DNA of 64,000 nucleotides from Paramoeba atlantica (taxonomy: Eukaryota > Protista > Discosea), in NCBI GenBank assembly GCA_977017575.1, contig CDRNVI010000053.1, positions 682,001-746,000 on the forward strand, in the 5' to 3' direction. Position 1 is the first letter of the stretch; each line of letters opens with the position of its first letter. The position numbers and the translations under genes were made by a program. Positions 61,536-64,000 of this stretch are shown here, piece by piece. The notes beneath the pieces are model-generated. The model saw only the letters and a program-made list of their open reading frames with translations. It made no database searches and was not told where the DNA came from.

Positions 61536-64000
61536 ATGTCCAGCGTAGTAGAGCTTTTGCTTAGTCTTGGAAATCCGGACAATGTCGTCCAAAGAAACGC
61601 GGAGGCAGTGATATACAATGCTCGGGATGAAAATCTTGGTGCCTTTCTTTCCGAACTCGTTCGCATCGTCCGAGACGAAAAAATCAACGAAATAGCCCGA
61701 CAGCAAGCTCTCATTCTTCTCAAGAATACTGTGGCCTTTAACGCTCGTGATGAGCAAAACAAGAAGTTACTAGAAAGTCGCTGGAATTCCATAGATCTAG
61801 ATACTCGTGCTAACGTTCGCAAAGAAATTCTTAATACTCTTGGATCTCCCACACGAGGAGTTCGTTTTATAGCTGCTCTAGTCGTGGCTAACTTGGCGCG
61901 CCTTGAGCTTCCTCGTCAACAGTGGCCGGAACTTCTTAATGCTTTGTTTCACGCGAGCAAAGCAAAAGGGCACATGGAAGCCGCTATCACCACTCTAGGG
62001 TACATATGCGAGGAAAGCAATTCCTGCAGTGCACTCGCAGAAGAACTCCAGCAGCATGCCAATCGCATTCTTGATTGTGTTATTAACGGTATGCGCGATA
62101 CCGATGAGGAAGTGTGTTATCAGAGTACGAACGCATTGTGTAATGCCATTACCTTTATTCATGGAAACATGGACGTTCCAGCGGAGAGGGATTTTATCAT
62201 GCAAACTATTTGTGCGAATTGCGTGAACCATGAACCTAGAACCATCGTGAAAGGTCTGGAATGTCTTGTTCGTATTGCCTTTGAATATTACACCGTTCTT
62301 TCATCGTACATGCCAGCGCTTTTTAGCCTTACCGTTCAGAGCATTCAGACAGAAAATGAAGATACAGCTCTTCAAGGGTTTCAATTTTGGACTACAATAT
62401 GCGAAGTAGAACTTGTACTTCTTGAAGAACATGAAGGAGAGGACTGCCAAGGTTATGCCTCAAAAGCTGCACCTCAAATTGTACCTGTGGCCCTCCAATC
62501 CTTATTGAAACAGGAGGAAGGTCAAAGTGATGACGATTGGAACGTATGCGCCGCAGGGGGTATATGTCTTCGAGGCTTCGCACAGGTTTTGAAAAATGAT
62601 ATTCTGTCCTATGTAATGCCATTCGTAACAAACAATGCGAAGGATAGCAACTGGAAAAACTGTGACGCAGCGCTAACCGCCTTTGGGGGTATTCTCGACG
62701 GGCCAGATACAGCCGCGGTAGGTCAAAGTATTACGGGGGCTATGCCTCTTCTTCTTCAGTACACAGCCAGTGATCAACATCCCATGGTGCGCGAGAGTGC
62801 CGTTTGGGTTCTCTCTCGTATAGCTAATTTTCACGCTCCCGTTATTCTCCAAGAGTATCTAGATCAAGTTGTTCGACTTTCAGCGGGGCTTATTGGAGAT
62901 ATCCCTTCTATAGGTAACAAAGCGTGTAGTATTCTTCACAATCTCTGTATTGAGCTGGAAGGTGACACAACAACTCCAGCTACAAACGCCATGTCGGCCT
63001 ATTTTGAGCCACTAGTTACGACACTTCTCCAGTGTATGGATCGTCCTAACGCTCATGAAAGTAACTTGCGTGGAGCGGCGCAGGAAACGCTTAACTCCCT
63101 ACTCAGCTGCGCGGCAGAAGATATATTTACTAAGGTGAACGCTCTGATACCTGAGTTCGTCGCTCGCATCGAAAAAACGACGGCCTCCATTACACCGGAT
63201 ATACCCACCTCGACTTTACAAGAACTCCAACTTACGCAAGGTCTTTTCTGCGGCTCCCTGCAGCACGTTTGTCATAAACTCGGAAAACGTCTCACAAAGG
63301 AAAGTGTTGCCCTGATGATGCGGGCGTGCCAGCGTGCCCTCGTCCCGGTAGGCGAAACAGTTTCTGAAGAGGCTGTGTTACTTGTGGGTGCCTTAGCGGC
63401 CGCAATAGGAACAAACTTCCAAAACTACCTACCCGATGTCGCTCCAGCTATCTTATCATCTCTACGAAACTGCAAGGAGCCCTCTTTATGCACTATTGCT
63501 GTGGGTACCGTAGGTGATATTGTTGCCGCACTTGGGACGCGCACCCCCGAATCTTTCTGTGACGAGTTCATAGGGGCCCTTTTGGCAAACGTTCGCTCGG
63601 ATGATCTTCCACAGAGCACGCGCCCTCCTATTCTTAGTTGTTTTGGTGACATTGCATTGCATACTGAAGGGATCTTTGAAAAGTATCTCCCTGTTGTAAT
63701 GAACGTTCTTGACAGCGCCGCCTCCGCCGTAGACACAATTGACCCGGAAAATGACGAAATGTTGGAATTCGGCGAGGATCTCAGGGAATCTATTTGCGAA
63801 GCCTTTACTGGAATAATTCAAGGAATGAAGGGAAAAATTTCCGTTTTAACTCCCTACGTCCCGAAATTCTTGCAATTTATCATGTCTAGTGGAATGGCCA
63901 AACAGGTTAGCGATCCTGTGCTGTCGCATTGCGTAAGTGTGTTGGGTGATTTGCTGAATGTGTTTGGTTCACAAACCAACCGGCAACATTGTCCGTCTGA
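61536..64000 (+). CDS. KPNB1: Importin beta-1 (karyopherin beta), truncated by the window end
   Basis: Read by eye from ATG 61536: MSSVVELLLSLGNPD...ARQQALILLKN...ELPRQQWPEL...TLGYICEE...QFWTTICEVE...DDDWN. Absent from the ORF track because there is no stop in the window. Confidence 0.92.
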   Translation, partial: MSSVVELLLSLGNPDNVVQRNAEAVIYNARDENLGAFLSELVRIVRDEKINEIARQQALILLKNTVAFNARDEQNKKLLESRWNSIDLDTRANVRKEILNTLGSPTRGVRFIAALVVANLARLELPRQQWPELLNALFHASKAKGHMEAAITTLGYICEESNSCSALAEELQQHANRILDCVINGMRDTDEEVCYQSTNALCNAITFIHGNMDVPAERDFIMQTICANCVNHEPRTIVKGLECLVRIAFEYYTVLSSYMPALFSLTVQSIQTENEDTALQGFQFWTTICEVELVLLEEHEGEDCQGYASKAAPQIVPVALQSLLKQEEGQSDDDWNVCAAGGICLRGFAQVLKNDILSYVMPFVTNNAKDSNWKNCDAALTAFGGILDGPDTAAVGQSITGAMPLLLQYTASDQHPMVRESAVWVLSRIANFHAPVILQEYLDQVVRLSAGLIGDIPSIGNKACSILHNLCIELEGDTTTPATNAMSAYFEPLVTTLLQCMDRPNAHESNLRGAAQETLNSLLSCAAEDIFTKVNALIPEFVARIEKTTASITPDIPTSTLQELQLTQGLFCGSLQHVCHKLGKRLTKESVALMMRACQRALVPVGETVSEEAVLLVGALAAAIGTNFQNYLPDVAPAILSSLRNCKEPSLCTIAVGTVGDIVAALGTRTPESFCDEFIGALLANVRSDDLPQSTRPPILSCFGDIALHTEGIFEKYLPVVMNVLDSAASAVDTIDPENDEMLEFGEDLRESICEAFTGIIQGMKGKISVLTPYVPKFLQFIMSSGMAKQVSDPVLSHCVSVLGDLLNVFGSQTNRQHCPS

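Overview
Eukaryotic genomic DNA from a kinetoplastid. The evidence is a spliced-leader (mini-exon) fragment at 2062-2090, about 24 intronless genes all on the + strand with polypyrimidine-AG acceptors just upstream of ATGs, and an SRGH-type EndoG. The compact genes and SL variant suggest an early-branching Perkinsela/Ichthyobodo-like lineage (inference). 1-11.8 kb is a transposon graveyard with five components: (1) a decayed tyrosine-recombinase + RT retrotransposon (TATE/VIPER-like, - strand); (2) a CRE/SLACS/CZAR-type RLE non-LTR retrotransposon joined to the SL fragment, whose polyprotein carries two tandem 2A-like (StopGo) motifs; (3) a second, 5'-truncated CRE copy fused to its poly(A); (4) hairpin-rich tandem repeats; (5) a Tc1/mariner transposase remnant. 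11.9-64 kb is a polycistronic housekeeping block: EndoG, cyclophilin, XRN, uL22m, Plus3-PPP phosphatase, RER1, PPCS, DUF155, DUF1796, lipase, pseudo-helicase-RRM, PPR, CWC25-like, PRP5, RPC1, ALG14/13, RIO2, zinc-ribbon protein and importin beta. Its intergenic spaces hold many non-autonomous DNA elements: four copies of a Helentron/DINE-like element, TA/TTAA-flanked MITEs (some nested) and fold-back hairpins. Coordinates and alignments were read by eye, and no database searches were run.
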